Source: Candidatus Delongbacteria bacterium
GTDB lineage: Bacteria > UBA4055
Reading direction: 5' to 3'
DNA: 55,644 nt
Assembly: GCA_016937995.1 (NCBI GenBank)
Contig: JAFGVM010000043.1
Coordinates: 1-55,644, forward strand
The notes under the pieces were generated by a model, which was given only the letters and a program-made list of their open reading frames with translations, ran no database searches and was not told the DNA's origin. The stretch's first letter is position 1, and each line of letters opens with the position of its first letter. Shown one piece after another: positions 38,084 to 47,732 of this stretch. The translations under genes and the position numbers were made by a program.

Positions 38084-39343
38084 ATGATAAACAAAAAAAT
38101 CACTATACTATTCACTCTTATAACTTTTTACTTTGTATTCGCAGAAACATCAATATTCTCAACTATTGCAATGGGTGATATCGATCCTTCTTTCAAATAC
38201 AAAACTGGTGTAGCAATAATTGATTCTATTTCTCAGTCCAATCATAATTATTCGACCTGGGCATATCAGAAAAATGCAACATTTTCTATCTCATTCTCAT
38301 ATTCATTGAATAATGTTAAGGATGCCAATGACAATTCATCTGCTTACGATGATTTCTCTATTGATGAGATAGTTTTTACACTGCCGTTCGGGAACAGCAA
38401 TATTTTCGGCTTCTCTTTTTATCCGACAACACTTGTAAATATGAGCAATGTATCTGAAAATGAAGTAGGTCTCGAAGAGGGTTTTGAAGATACTTATATT
38501 CAAACCTTGGAGAACCGGATAGGAAGTGTTTCAAACCTTTCTCTGATATACGGCAAAAAGTTCGACAGTTTTGCCTTTGGGTGTGATCTTTCTGCTAAAT
38601 TTGGCAACTATGATGTTAACAGACGATATCTATACAGGACCTATGACGATAATGATGATATTGATTGGGACAAGTATTTTGAGAATAAAGAAAAGACTCA
38701 ATTTTTCCATACAACTATCGGAGGTTCATTTTTATACAATTCCAAGTTCGGTTTAAATGTTGGTGGGAGCATTTCTTTTCCAATGACCACTTATGCCAAC
38801 AAGATACTTAACTTTGACCGAACTACATCATACGGAACAGTACTGGAAACTATTGACAGTGACGAATCAGAGATCAAAGACGTTGAATGGCCTTTGGAGT
38901 ATGCATTGGGACTCTCTTACAAATTAGACAAATTTAATATTTCGTATGATTACTTTTTTAAAGGTTTTGACGGTTTGAATGCCGGTTTTGACAATTCGGA
39001 ATTATCGAATTATTACCGTTCAGTTCTAGGATTGTCTTACAGGCTTTCCTCCAAAAGAGTGGACACTTATTATAAAAAAATCGTTTATTCTGCTTTCTTC
39101 TCCTATGAAAAAAGACCGTATCAATATGAGAACTCAGGTAATTTTTATGATATCAACGACATCTCGGCAACACTCGCTTTCAAATTTCCTTATAACTTAC
39201 ATAGATCAAATGTTGAATTCAGAACAACATTTACAAGGGCAGCTGACAGTGACAATAATTTAGTGGACAATATTTTAAAGTTTCAGATAAATTTCAATTC
39301 ATTTGATAATTGGTGGTTAAAAAAAGAGAAATACGATGATTAA
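38084..39343 (+). CDS. Outer-membrane beta-barrel of the FadL-like family conserved in FCB bacteria
   Basis: Signal peptide; SIFSTIAMGDI N-terminus; FTLPFG..FGFSFYP; C-terminal DNWWLKKEKYDD resembling the Bacteroidota W-F-x-K-R-K-x-D tail. Confidence 0.65.
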   Translation: MINKKITILFTLITFYFVFAETSIFSTIAMGDIDPSFKYKTGVAIIDSISQSNHNYSTWAYQKNATFSISFSYSLNNVKDANDNSSAYDDFSIDEIVFTLPFGNSNIFGFSFYPTTLVNMSNVSENEVGLEEGFEDTYIQTLENRIGSVSNLSLIYGKKFDSFAFGCDLSAKFGNYDVNRRYLYRTYDDNDDIDWDKYFENKEKTQFFHTTIGGSFLYNSKFGLNVGGSISFPMTTYANKILNFDRTTSYGTVLETIDSDESEIKDVEWPLEYALGLSYKLDKFNISYDYFFKGFDGLNAGFDNSELSNYYRSVLGLSYRLSSKRVDTYYKKIVYSAFFSYEKRPYQYENSGNFYDINDISATLAFKFPYNLHRSNVEFRTTFTRAADSDNNLVDNILKFQINFNSFDNWWLKKEKYDD

Positions 39344-39370
39344 TGTTCAAAATACATATGGAGAGTAAAA

Positions 39371-40693
39371 ATGAAGAGGACTATTATTGTTTTAGCAGTT
39401 GCAATAACAATGCTGATCTTTATCAATTGCGGACCGGCAACGGGCGTAAAAGAAGATCAGATAGTTGAAACAAAGAAAATTGAAAAAGTGGAAGCCCCGA
39501 AAGAAAACAAGGCTTTGACAGATGCTGACAAAATGGATATTGCAAAATATTCCAGCTATGCACAAACTAAGAAGAAGCAAAAAAAATATAGGGAAATGAT
39601 CAGTTATATCAACCAGATATTTGATCTGGATCCTAATTTTCAGTATGCTAAAGATATTCTTTTATTTTGGAGAGGAGGCGGATATGAAGAGCTTGGTATC
39701 GCTGATTCTGCATTGGCAGATTATGAAAATTTTTTATTGATAAGACCGGATTACGAAGCTGCTTTAGTTAAACTTGATTACATCTACGCTACAACCGACG
39801 AATTGGATAAAGCTATTGAAGTTACTTTAAAGCTTTCTGAATTAAAACCTGATGATAATGACCTTAACAAAAAACTGGGTAAATATTATTTTCAGAAGGT
39901 TCAAAAATTGAAAGAAGAGAACGAAGAGGATCCTGAGATTCCTGAACTTGCTGAAACCGCGATCGAATATTTTGAAAAATACGTTGAAATTAATCCTGAT
40001 GATGAAGAGATAAATACTCTATCAACACAATTAACTGCGGTGTTCATGGATAAGGATGTTCTGATAGAGAAATATATGTCAAACCTTGAGAAAAACCCTG
40101 AAGATTATTCTACAATGACCAAATTAGGAGAGATCTATTATAAGGACGGCTTGAACGATAAAGCTAATGAACTTTTTGAAAAAGTTCTGCAAAATAACCC
40201 TAATGACCTTAAGATAATCAAGAGATTGATCCGTATAAATAAAAACAACGTTTCAAAAGCGATAACATATAATCTGAAAGCTATCGAGTTGGAGCCTGAC
40301 AATGAGAACTATAATCTTAGTCTGGCAAAACTTTACAAAGAAAAAAATCAATTTACTAAAGCACGTTCTGAGTGTAAAAAATCTATATCAAAGAATCCAA
40401 ACAACAAAAATGCATATAAGATATGGGCTCAGATTTATACTGCTGCTGTTGTAGCCTGTGAAACTGAGATTCAGTATGAGGATAAGCTGGTATTCATTAT
40501 TGCTTACGGGCTGTTCGAACAATCAGGCGACACCAGAAGATTACATTCAATGAAAGAAGGCGGACAGGTTCCTTCAAAGATGGATTATTTCCAGAATAAA
40601 TCAATTACAGCTCCTACCAGAGATTGTTATAAGTGGATCAATATGGAATGGGAAGAGGCAAAGTACATTGAAAAATACATCAAAGGTCTATAG
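39371..40693 (+). CDS. TPR-repeat lipoprotein
   Basis: FIN-C lipobox; multiple TPR helices ending in (N/D)P.(D/N). Confidence 0.85.
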   Translation: MKRTIIVLAVAITMLIFINCGPATGVKEDQIVETKKIEKVEAPKENKALTDADKMDIAKYSSYAQTKKKQKKYREMISYINQIFDLDPNFQYAKDILLFWRGGGYEELGIADSALADYENFLLIRPDYEAALVKLDYIYATTDELDKAIEVTLKLSELKPDDNDLNKKLGKYYFQKVQKLKEENEEDPEIPELAETAIEYFEKYVEINPDDEEINTLSTQLTAVFMDKDVLIEKYMSNLEKNPEDYSTMTKLGEIYYKDGLNDKANELFEKVLQNNPNDLKIIKRLIRINKNNVSKAITYNLKAIELEPDNENYNLSLAKLYKEKNQFTKARSECKKSISKNPNNKNAYKIWAQIYTAAVVACETEIQYEDKLVFIIAYGLFEQSGDTRRLHSMKEGGQVPSKMDYFQNKSITAPTRDCYKWINMEWEEAKYIEKYIKGL

Positions 40694-40702
40694 GGAGCTG
40701 AA

Positions 40703-41143
40703 GTGAGTTGTGAGAAGAAGATATACCTTGGTTCAGATCATGGAGGCTTTGAGCTTAAAGAAATTATCAGAAATTATCTTGAAGATAACGATTACAATGT
40801 TGAAGACCTTGGATGTTACAGTAATGAATCGGTCGATTATCCCGAATTCGGTAGAAAAGTAGCATATGCTGTTGTTAATAACAATGCCAAAGGTATAATC
40901 ATCTGTGGAACAGGAATTGGAATTTCTATGGCCGCTAATAAGGTTAAAGGTGCAAGAGCTGGATTATGTCACTGTGTAGACTATGCTAAACTTACAAGAC
41001 AGCATAATGATGCGAATATTCTTGCAATGGGTGGCAGATTTGTTGAACCTGAACTTGCAAAAAAGATCACTGATGCGTTCCTGAACACAGAATTCGAAGG
41101 TGGAAGACACCAGAGACGAGTTGACGATATAGACAATGTCTGA
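40703..41143 (+). CDS. rpiB: Ribose-5-phosphate isomerase B
   Basis: GSDHGG, VDYP, ICGTGIGISMAANK, HNDAN, FEGGRHQRR. Confidence 0.97.
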   Translation: MSCEKKIYLGSDHGGFELKEIIRNYLEDNDYNVEDLGCYSNESVDYPEFGRKVAYAVVNNNAKGIIICGTGIGISMAANKVKGARAGLCHCVDYAKLTRQHNDANILAMGGRFVEPELAKKITDAFLNTEFEGGRHQRRVDDIDNV

Positions 41144-41266
41144 ATATCTCCCGATAGATCGGGACAGGCATAACACCGAATGTCCAATGATCAAGTGGGA
41201 TTCCGTAAGGGTTCAACATCTTGAACCCTCAACATATACTGTAAAGACGCCCTAAATGGGCGTCTC
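41143..41266. repeat. Intergenic mosaic of REP-like palindromes
   Basis: TCCCGAT-AG-ATCGGGA (41149-41164); heptamer run (41172-41195); 37-bp repeat (41197-41233); GTAAAGACGCCC-TAAAT-GGGCGTCTC (41241-41266). Confidence 0.75.
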
Positions 41267-41306
41267 GTATCATACAAAACAATACAAAATATAAAAGGGA
41301 GTCAAA

Positions 41307-42581
41307 ATGAGCATCTTAAAGAACTATGATCCTGAAATATTTCAAACGATCGAAGCTGAAAAAAGCAGGCAGAATGATAAGATAGAACTTATAGCATCAG
41401 AGAATTTTGTTTCTCCGGCAGTTCTTGAAGCTCTTGGGTCAGTAATGACCAACAAATATGCCGAAGGATATCCGGGTAAGAGATATTACGGTGGATGTGT
41501 CAATGTTGATGAAGCTGAAACTATCGCTATTGAGAGGGCCAAAGAGCTCTTTAACTGTAAGTGGGCTAATGTTCAGCCTCACAGTGGTTCTCAGGCGAAT
41601 ATGGCTGTTTATATGACCTTAGCAGAACCTGGTGATACTATCATGGGTATGAACCTTTCTATGGGTGGTCATTTGACTCACGGTTCTCCGGTGAATTTTA
41701 CAGGTAGACTTTATAATATCGTACCTTATGGTGTTACTGAAGACGGTTTCATTGATTATGATGAACTTGAAAGACTTGCTCTTGAATGCAAACCTAAGAT
41801 CATAGTTGCGGGTGCATCTGCTTATCCCCGTTTCATAGATTTTAAAAGATTCAGAGAGATCGCTGACAAAGTTGGTGCATGGTTCATGACTGATATGGCT
41901 CACATTGCAGGACTTGTTGCTGCAGGTGTTCATCCTTCACCACTTCCTCACTCACATGTTGTTACTACTACAACTCACAAGACCCTAAGAGGACCAAGAG
42001 GTGGTATGATACTTTCAGACTGGGAAGGTGGAGAAATACTTTTAAAGAATATGCCTAGTCATAAAACTTTATGGGACGCATTGGATTTCGTAGTTTTCCC
42101 CGGTATTCAGGGTGGACCATTGGAGCATGTAATTGCATCTAAAGCAGTATCTTTCAAAGAAGCTCTTGAACCAGCTTATAAAAATTATCAGCAAAGAGTT
42201 CTTGACAATGCACAGGCACTTTCATCTGAACTTATAAAGCTTGGATTTAAAGTTGTTTCAGGTGGTACTGATAATCATATAGTTCTTCTTGACCTGAGCG
42301 ACAAGGAAGTTTCCGGTAAAGGACTTGAGAAAGCTCTTGAATCATCAGGAATAACTACGAATAAGAACATGGTTCCTTTCGATAAGAGAAAACCGATGAT
42401 CACTAGTGGTGTGAGACTTGGTACTCCCGCTGCGACTACAAAAGGTTTTACAACTGATGATATGAGAGAAATCGCAAATATGATCGCAAGAGTAGCTGCA
42501 GATCACAAAAATGAAGAACTTCATGCTCAGATCAAAAAAGAAGTTGTGGCTTTAAGTACGAGATATCCATTGTACGATTAA
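41307..42581 (+). CDS. glyA: Serine hydroxymethyltransferase
   Basis: [42 protein letters not shown]. Confidence 0.98.
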   Translation: MSILKNYDPEIFQTIEAEKSRQNDKIELIASENFVSPAVLEALGSVMTNKYAEGYPGKRYYGGCVNVDEAETIAIERAKELFNCKWANVQPHSGSQANMAVYMTLAEPGDTIMGMNLSMGGHLTHGSPVNFTGRLYNIVPYGVTEDGFIDYDELERLALECKPKIIVAGASAYPRFIDFKRFREIADKVGAWFMTDMAHIAGLVAAGVHPSPLPHSHVVTTTTHKTLRGPRGGMILSDWEGGEILLKNMPSHKTLWDALDFVVFPGIQGGPLEHVIASKAVSFKEALEPAYKNYQQRVLDNAQALSSELIKLGFKVVSGGTDNHIVLLDLSDKEVSGKGLEKALESSGITTNKNMVPFDKRKPMITSGVRLGTPAATTKGFTTDDMREIANMIARVAADHKNEELHAQIKKEVVALSTRYPLYD

Positions 42582-42625
42582 TATTGGATTTACATAACGT
42601 TATCAATAACGCCCTTACATTCTTT

Positions 42626-42726
42626 GGCACCCTGAATTTATTTCAGGGTCTTTTTTTATATAAAACTGAATGGTCAGGCTTCACTTCTGACCTGTTTTCT
42701 GGGGACGATAAGAAACCGTCCCCTAC
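42626..42726. repeat. REP-like hairpin cluster between convergent genes, probably also terminating transcription
   Basis: ACCCTGAA-TTTAT-TTCAGGGT followed by a T-run; GGTCAG..CTGACC (42672-42692); minus-strand GTAGGGGACG...CGTCCCC (42701-42726). Confidence 0.7.
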
Positions 42727-42729
42727 ATT

Positions 42730-44034
42730 TTACTTGATCAGCAACATCTTCCTACTCAACACCTCTCCATTCGCTTCTAATTTATAAATATATTCTCCAC
42801 TGATATAACTTTCAGCATTGAATTCTATATTATGAATACCTTTATCCATTTTCCCATTGATCAATTCATTTACCAACTGACCTTCAATATTATAAACTGA
42901 AAGTTTAACATAATCTGATTGAGGAATTGAAAAACTTATCGAAGTGGTTGGATTGAAAGGATTTGGGTAATTTTGGTGTAGTGTAATCTCTGCTGGAAGG
43001 TTCATATCATCAATTGAATTAGTTACTACCTGTATAGGTTCCCCACTTCCTGGAATAATAGTCTCAAAACCTCTGTAAACTGGAGCTGAGTTATATGTTA
43101 GAAAAAAACTGCTGTGAACTTTCTCCTTGGTCGGATAATGAAAATATATGTTTAACTCTTCACCGGGTGTCCAATTTGTATAAAAATTTGCAAGGTTAAT
43201 ATAAACTACTGAATTACCGTTGACCATACTTTTCCCGCATCCAACATCATTAGATGTAAGCAAGTCATCATCTCTCCCAGTTATCCATGCTTCAAAATTG
43301 ACATCATCATACTGAAAATTTAGTTCTGAACCATTTTCATTCTGAATATGCCAGTAAACGACCCTTGGAATGCTGTATAAACGCTTTTCATTACTTGTTT
43401 TACTATTCATATGAGTATCGGATATATTTTTTATTTGGTTCGGCCAAGTAGTATTTTCTTCTATTACAAGAACTAAAGGCTGCCCTACTTCTACATCAAA
43501 TACAACAAGCCAGAATGTTGAACTTGTTGAAGTTAACCAAACCTGATTACTACTGAATTTCATAAAAGTATTACAAGGAATTTCGCTCGATAAAGAATAA
43601 GTAGATTTCATTTGCTGACCAAGTGGATAAACGATCGGATTATATGCAGCAAGACCATTATTAACCAGATCATAAACCACATCAACACTGTCACCGGTCA
43701 CTGTAAAATCAAAATCATTTACAGCATTGATCATGTATGCTCCTCCTGTCTCAACAGGGAAGTCTGTACCCCATCCCAGTACTGAATGGAAACCTGCTGT
43801 TTCCCATCCCAGCAATTCCGTGTTCCACTTACTTACAGCATTTAAATTTGTACCTGTAAGATCAAAATCTGAAGCCATTGTCCATCCTGTCTCTAATGGT
43901 AAACCCACAAAATTCAGATCATATGGCTCTGTTGATGTACAAGGATAAACAAAAGTAGAATCATTCTGACGAATTACATTCTGTGAAAATGCGAGTGAAA
44001 CCACGATTATCAATAATAACATACACTTCTTCAT
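42730..44034 (-). CDS. Secreted protein with T9SS type-A-like C-terminal sorting domain
   Basis: Signal peptide from ATG 44034 (GGAGG RBS; the ORF-track start at 44121 is too early); C-terminal LHQNYPNPFNPTT...SGEYIYKL...KMLLIK. Confidence 0.85.
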   Translation of the reverse strand: MKKCMLLLIIVVSLAFSQNVIRQNDSTFVYPCTSTEPYDLNFVGLPLETGWTMASDFDLTGTNLNAVSKWNTELLGWETAGFHSVLGWGTDFPVETGGAYMINAVNDFDFTVTGDSVDVVYDLVNNGLAAYNPIVYPLGQQMKSTYSLSSEIPCNTFMKFSSNQVWLTSTSSTFWLVVFDVEVGQPLVLVIEENTTWPNQIKNISDTHMNSKTSNEKRLYSIPRVVYWHIQNENGSELNFQYDDVNFEAWITGRDDDLLTSNDVGCGKSMVNGNSVVYINLANFYTNWTPGEELNIYFHYPTKEKVHSSFFLTYNSAPVYRGFETIIPGSGEPIQVVTNSIDDMNLPAEITLHQNYPNPFNPTTSISFSIPQSDYVKLSVYNIEGQLVNELINGKMDKGIHNIEFNAESYISGEYIYKLEANGEVLSRKMLLIK

Positions 44035-44076
44035 AACTTCCTCCAATATTCCCAACACATAAATTCTTCTTTCTTC

Positions 44077-44105
44077 AATATAGCGCATAATTAGTGAGAA
44101 AGCAA
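44077..44105 (-). promoter_or_regulatory. sigma70-type promoter
   Basis: Minus strand TTGCTT-N17-TATATT, 43 nt upstream of ATG 44034. Confidence 0.55.
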
Positions 44106-44155
44106 AAAAAATAAAATACATTTTCTGGGATACCTTTGGATTCCAAAAAAAAACG

Positions 44156-44299
44156 CATCCGGGGACAGGGGACTTCAGTCCCTTGGGATGTGTGAGGAAT
44201 AAAACATAAAAAGAGGAGACGACAGGAAGGGATTCCTTAATGGTTCAACATCTTGAACCCGCAACCCTTGGATTCCTCCCGATAATCGGGAAGAATGAC
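44156..44299. repeat. Intergenic mosaic of REP-like palindromes
   Basis: GGGACT-TC-AGTCCC (44169-44182); 37-bp repeat (44229-44265, 34/37 identical to 41197-41233); GGATTCC-TCCCGATAATCGGGA-AGAATGAC (44270-44299). Confidence 0.75.
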
Positions 44300-44414
44300 A
44301 GTTTTTATTGTCATTAATCCATATAAATATTCTTGACATTCTATATAAAATAAATTTTCTTTACTACCCTAAAATACAGGTGTTAATCTTAGATATTATT
44401 AGAGGTTTTTTTCA

Positions 44415-46478
44415 ATGAATCGTATAACATCCCACCCCGTGCTTGATGTTCAGGAAAAGAAAGAAGTGAATTTCAAATTTGACGGTAAAAAATATACCGG
44501 ATTTGAGAATGAAATGGTCAGCTCTGCCCTGTTCGCCAACGGTATCAAGGAATTCTCTATCCATCAAAAAGGGAATGCTCCACAGGGTATCTTTTGTGCT
44601 AACGGTCAGTGTTCCCAGTGTACAGTTATTATTAATGGTGCTCCATTGAAATCCTGCGTTACTCCTTTACACGAAGGAATGGATATCAGAACTTTGAAGC
44701 ATCTGCCGGAACTGCCTGAAACAGGTCAGGAGAAATTTGAACAGAAGACTGAAACTCTGAAAACTGATGTTCTTATCATTGGTGGTGGACCTTCAGGACT
44801 TACTTCGGCACTTGAACTGGCAAAACTTGATCTCAATATAATCATAATTGAAGATAAAGACAAACTCGGTGGAAAACTTTTACTTCAGACTCATAAGTTC
44901 TTCGGTTCTCAACAGGACAGTTATGCAGGTATGAGAGGTTATGAGATAGGTAATCTTCTTGAGTCTCAGATAAAAGAGAATGAGAATATCACTGTTCTCT
45001 ATGAATCAAGTGTAGTTGGTATTTACAAAGATAAAAAAGCCGGAGTTTATAAGAACAACGGTAAATTTTCACTTATAGATTTTAATGGTCTTATAATTTC
45101 AGCCGGAGCAAGAGAGAAAAGTCTTGTTTTACCCGGTAATGACCTACCCGGAGTTTACGGAGCAGGTGCATTTCAAACACTTGTGAACAGAGATCTTATC
45201 AAAGCTTCTGACAAGGTATTCATAGTTGGATCTGGAAATGTTGGACTTATTGCGGCTTATCATGCTTTACAGGCAGGTATCGGAGTAGCAGGTATTGTTG
45301 ATATTCTTGGTCAGGTTTCAGGTTACAAAGTTCATGCTGACAAAATTCAACGTATGGGTGTTCCGGTATATTTGAACACTACTGTTTTGGCAGCAGGTGG
45401 AAAGAATAAAGTTGAAAAGGTCACTGTAGCAGAAGTTGACGAAAAGTGGGATCCTATATTAGAGACTGCAAGAACTTATGAAGTAGATACGCTTCTTATA
45501 GCGGCGGGATTATCACCTGTAGATGAATTCTATAACTCGGCAGAAAAGTTCGGTTTCAACGTTATCAAAGCAGGTGATGCTGATGAGATAGCTGAAGCAA
45601 GTTCTGCAATGTTCGGTGGTAGAATAGCAGGTCTTCAGATGGCTCAGAAACTTGGAAAAAAGATCGAAATAGCTCAAGAATATTATGATAAATCTGAAGT
45701 TTTAAAATCCAAACCGGGAGAAGTTTATCCTCCAATGGAGGTTGAGATCAAAGAACATTTTACTCCTGTATTCCAATGCATCCAGGATATCCCTTGTAAC
45801 CCGTGTACAACAGTCTGCCCAAAGAATTGTATCGCACTTGATAAGAAGCTCGGTACGATAATGGATGTTCCAATGTATGTGAACGATGACTGTATCGGTT
45901 GCGGACTTTGTGTTGCTATCTGTCCGGGTCTGGCAATTTCTCTGGTCAAGCAGGTTGAAGAAAGTTATGCAGAAGTTATGTTACCTCATGAATATATTCT
46001 TGATTTTGCACCTGGTGATAAGTTATCTGTTACTGACATTGATGGTAATATCCTGGAAAAAGCAGAAGTTCTTTCTACTAAATTCAATAAAAAATATAAG
46101 ACAAACCTTGTTACTCTGAAAATGTCTATCGAGAATGCTGCAAAAGCTATCGGTATCAGAGTTCAGGATGAAAGTGTAACTAAACCGGTGAAAAATACAT
46201 GGCTTGATTTCTTGCCTGAGAACGGTATTGTCTGTAGATGTGAGAGAATTTCAGTGAAAGAGATCGTTGATTTTATCAAGGATTACAGGGTCAGAGATGT
46301 CAATCAACTTAAGCAGATCAGGGTCGGTATGGGTTCATGCGGTTCTAAGACTTGTTCTATCCTGATGCCGAGGATATTTGCACAGGCGGGAGTTGATTGG
46401 AAGGATGTTACACCCGGAACGATCAGACCGCTTACTGTTGAAGTACCTATGAGTGCGCTTGTAGACAAGAAGGAGTAG
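44415..46478 (+). CDS. Multidomain FAD/Fe-S oxidoreductase (sarcosine oxidase alpha / dye-linked proline dehydrogenase-type electron-transfer subunit)
   Basis: N-terminal 2Fe-2S (GIFCANGQCSQC...SC), GGGPSG FAD motif, 2x4Fe-4S (CxxxPCNPCxxxCP; CIGCGLCVAICP), C-terminal BFD-like CRC...GMGSCGSKTC. Confidence 0.85.
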   Translation: MNRITSHPVLDVQEKKEVNFKFDGKKYTGFENEMVSSALFANGIKEFSIHQKGNAPQGIFCANGQCSQCTVIINGAPLKSCVTPLHEGMDIRTLKHLPELPETGQEKFEQKTETLKTDVLIIGGGPSGLTSALELAKLDLNIIIIEDKDKLGGKLLLQTHKFFGSQQDSYAGMRGYEIGNLLESQIKENENITVLYESSVVGIYKDKKAGVYKNNGKFSLIDFNGLIISAGAREKSLVLPGNDLPGVYGAGAFQTLVNRDLIKASDKVFIVGSGNVGLIAAYHALQAGIGVAGIVDILGQVSGYKVHADKIQRMGVPVYLNTTVLAAGGKNKVEKVTVAEVDEKWDPILETARTYEVDTLLIAAGLSPVDEFYNSAEKFGFNVIKAGDADEIAEASSAMFGGRIAGLQMAQKLGKKIEIAQEYYDKSEVLKSKPGEVYPPMEVEIKEHFTPVFQCIQDIPCNPCTTVCPKNCIALDKKLGTIMDVPMYVNDDCIGCGLCVAICPGLAISLVKQVEESYAEVMLPHEYILDFAPGDKLSVTDIDGNILEKAEVLSTKFNKKYKTNLVTLKMSIENAAKAIGIRVQDESVTKPVKNTWLDFLPENGIVCRCERISVKEIVDFIKDYRVRDVNQLKQIRVGMGSCGSKTCSILMPRIFAQAGVDWKDVTPGTIRPLTVEVPMSALVDKKE

Positions 46479-46484
46479 CAGTTC

Positions 46485-46542
46485 TTCATTCCGGACTCCG
46501 ATCCGGAATCAAAAAGAGATCCTGAAATAAATTCAGGATGAC
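46485..46542. repeat. Inverted pair of GTCAT-type REP-like palindromes
   Basis: TTCATTCCGGACTCCGATCCGGAATC and GATCCTGAAATAAATTCAGGATGAC. Confidence 0.75.
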
Positions 46543-46577
46543 GGTTATAGGATGAATATAAAATTAGGATAGTAGAT

Positions 46578-47726
46578 ATGAAAAATTATGATATTATAAT
46601 AATCGGTGCGGGAAGTGTCGGACTTCCATTAAGCTATTACCTGTCCAGGAAGGGTAAAAAGGTCGCTGTCATAGAGAAACGACATTCCTATGGTCGTGGC
46701 GAGAATAAAGCCGCTATCGGTGGTATTAGAGCAACTCACAGTGATCCTGCAAAGATAAAGATAGGTCAGATGAGTATTGATATTGTAAAAGGTCTTGAGA
46801 AAGAGCACGGTATGGAATTAGATTGGATCACAGGTGGCTACCTTTATCCTGTCTATGATAAAGCAAAAGAGACAGCTCTAAAGTCTCTATTGGTCACTCA
46901 GAAAGAATTCGGTTTGAATATAGACTGGATAGAACCTAAGAAGATCAAGAAACTCGTTCCCGGTATCACTGAAGAAGGACTGAGAGGAGGTACTTATTCA
47001 CCTCAGGACGGATCTGCATCTCCATTGAAGGTCGCAGGTGCTTTCTACAAATTATCTTTTGAAGCCGGAACTAATTTTTTCTTTGACGAAGAAGTAATTT
47101 CGATCGATACAGCAGACGACAAAATAACTACAATTAAGACAAATAAAGAAGAATATAAAGCAAGTGTTTACATAAATGCAGCCGGTGCATGTGCCAGAGA
47201 ACTTGGAAAACTTTGCGGACTTGATCTGCCGGTATATCCTGATTCTCACGAAGGCGGTATCACTGAACCTGTTAAACCGTTCTTTAAACCAATGGTTGTT
47301 GATCTAAGATCTGATGAGCAGAGTGCGAATTTCTACTATTATCAGAACTATGAAGGCCAGATGGTTTTCTGTGTAACTCCTGAACCTAAGATACTCGGCA
47401 AAGACTATGATAGTACTTCTGAATTCCTTCCTTTAGCTGTTAGAAGATTATTGGCTATTCATCCTAGACTTAAGAATATCAGAGTAAGAAAGACCTGGAG
47501 AGGCCTCTACCCTATGACTCCTGACGGTTTCCCTATCGTTGGCTGGACAGAAGATGTACACAATATGTTCCTTGCAGTCGGAATGTGCGGACAGGGATTC
47601 ATGCTGGGACCGGGACTCGGAAAGATCATCTCTGAGATACTTGTTGAAGAAAAGAATGATTATGATTTTATATTGAAGCAATTAAGTTTGTATCGTGCGT
47701 TCGAGGGGAATGAGGTACTCAAATAA
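46578..47726 (+). CDS. FAD-dependent amine/amino-acid oxidoreductase (sarcosine oxidase beta / DAO family)
   Basis: IIGAGSVG, AAIGGIR, INAAG, WRGLYPMTPDGFPIVG, GMCGQGFMLGP. Confidence 0.9.
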   Translation: MKNYDIIIIGAGSVGLPLSYYLSRKGKKVAVIEKRHSYGRGENKAAIGGIRATHSDPAKIKIGQMSIDIVKGLEKEHGMELDWITGGYLYPVYDKAKETALKSLLVTQKEFGLNIDWIEPKKIKKLVPGITEEGLRGGTYSPQDGSASPLKVAGAFYKLSFEAGTNFFFDEEVISIDTADDKITTIKTNKEEYKASVYINAAGACARELGKLCGLDLPVYPDSHEGGITEPVKPFFKPMVVDLRSDEQSANFYYYQNYEGQMVFCVTPEPKILGKDYDSTSEFLPLAVRRLLAIHPRLKNIRVRKTWRGLYPMTPDGFPIVGWTEDVHNMFLAVGMCGQGFMLGPGLGKIISEILVEEKNDYDFILKQLSLYRAFEGNEVLK

Positions 47727-47732
47727 GTCACT

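Noticed and set aside
42584-42787. 67-aa ORF after glyA
   Set aside because: Made of REP-like hairpins and overlaps the convergent gene's 3' end
44333-44361. TTGACA upstream of the oxidoreductase as a full promoter call
   Set aside because: The hexamer at 17-bp spacing (TTTCTT) is a poor -10; plausible but not well enough supported
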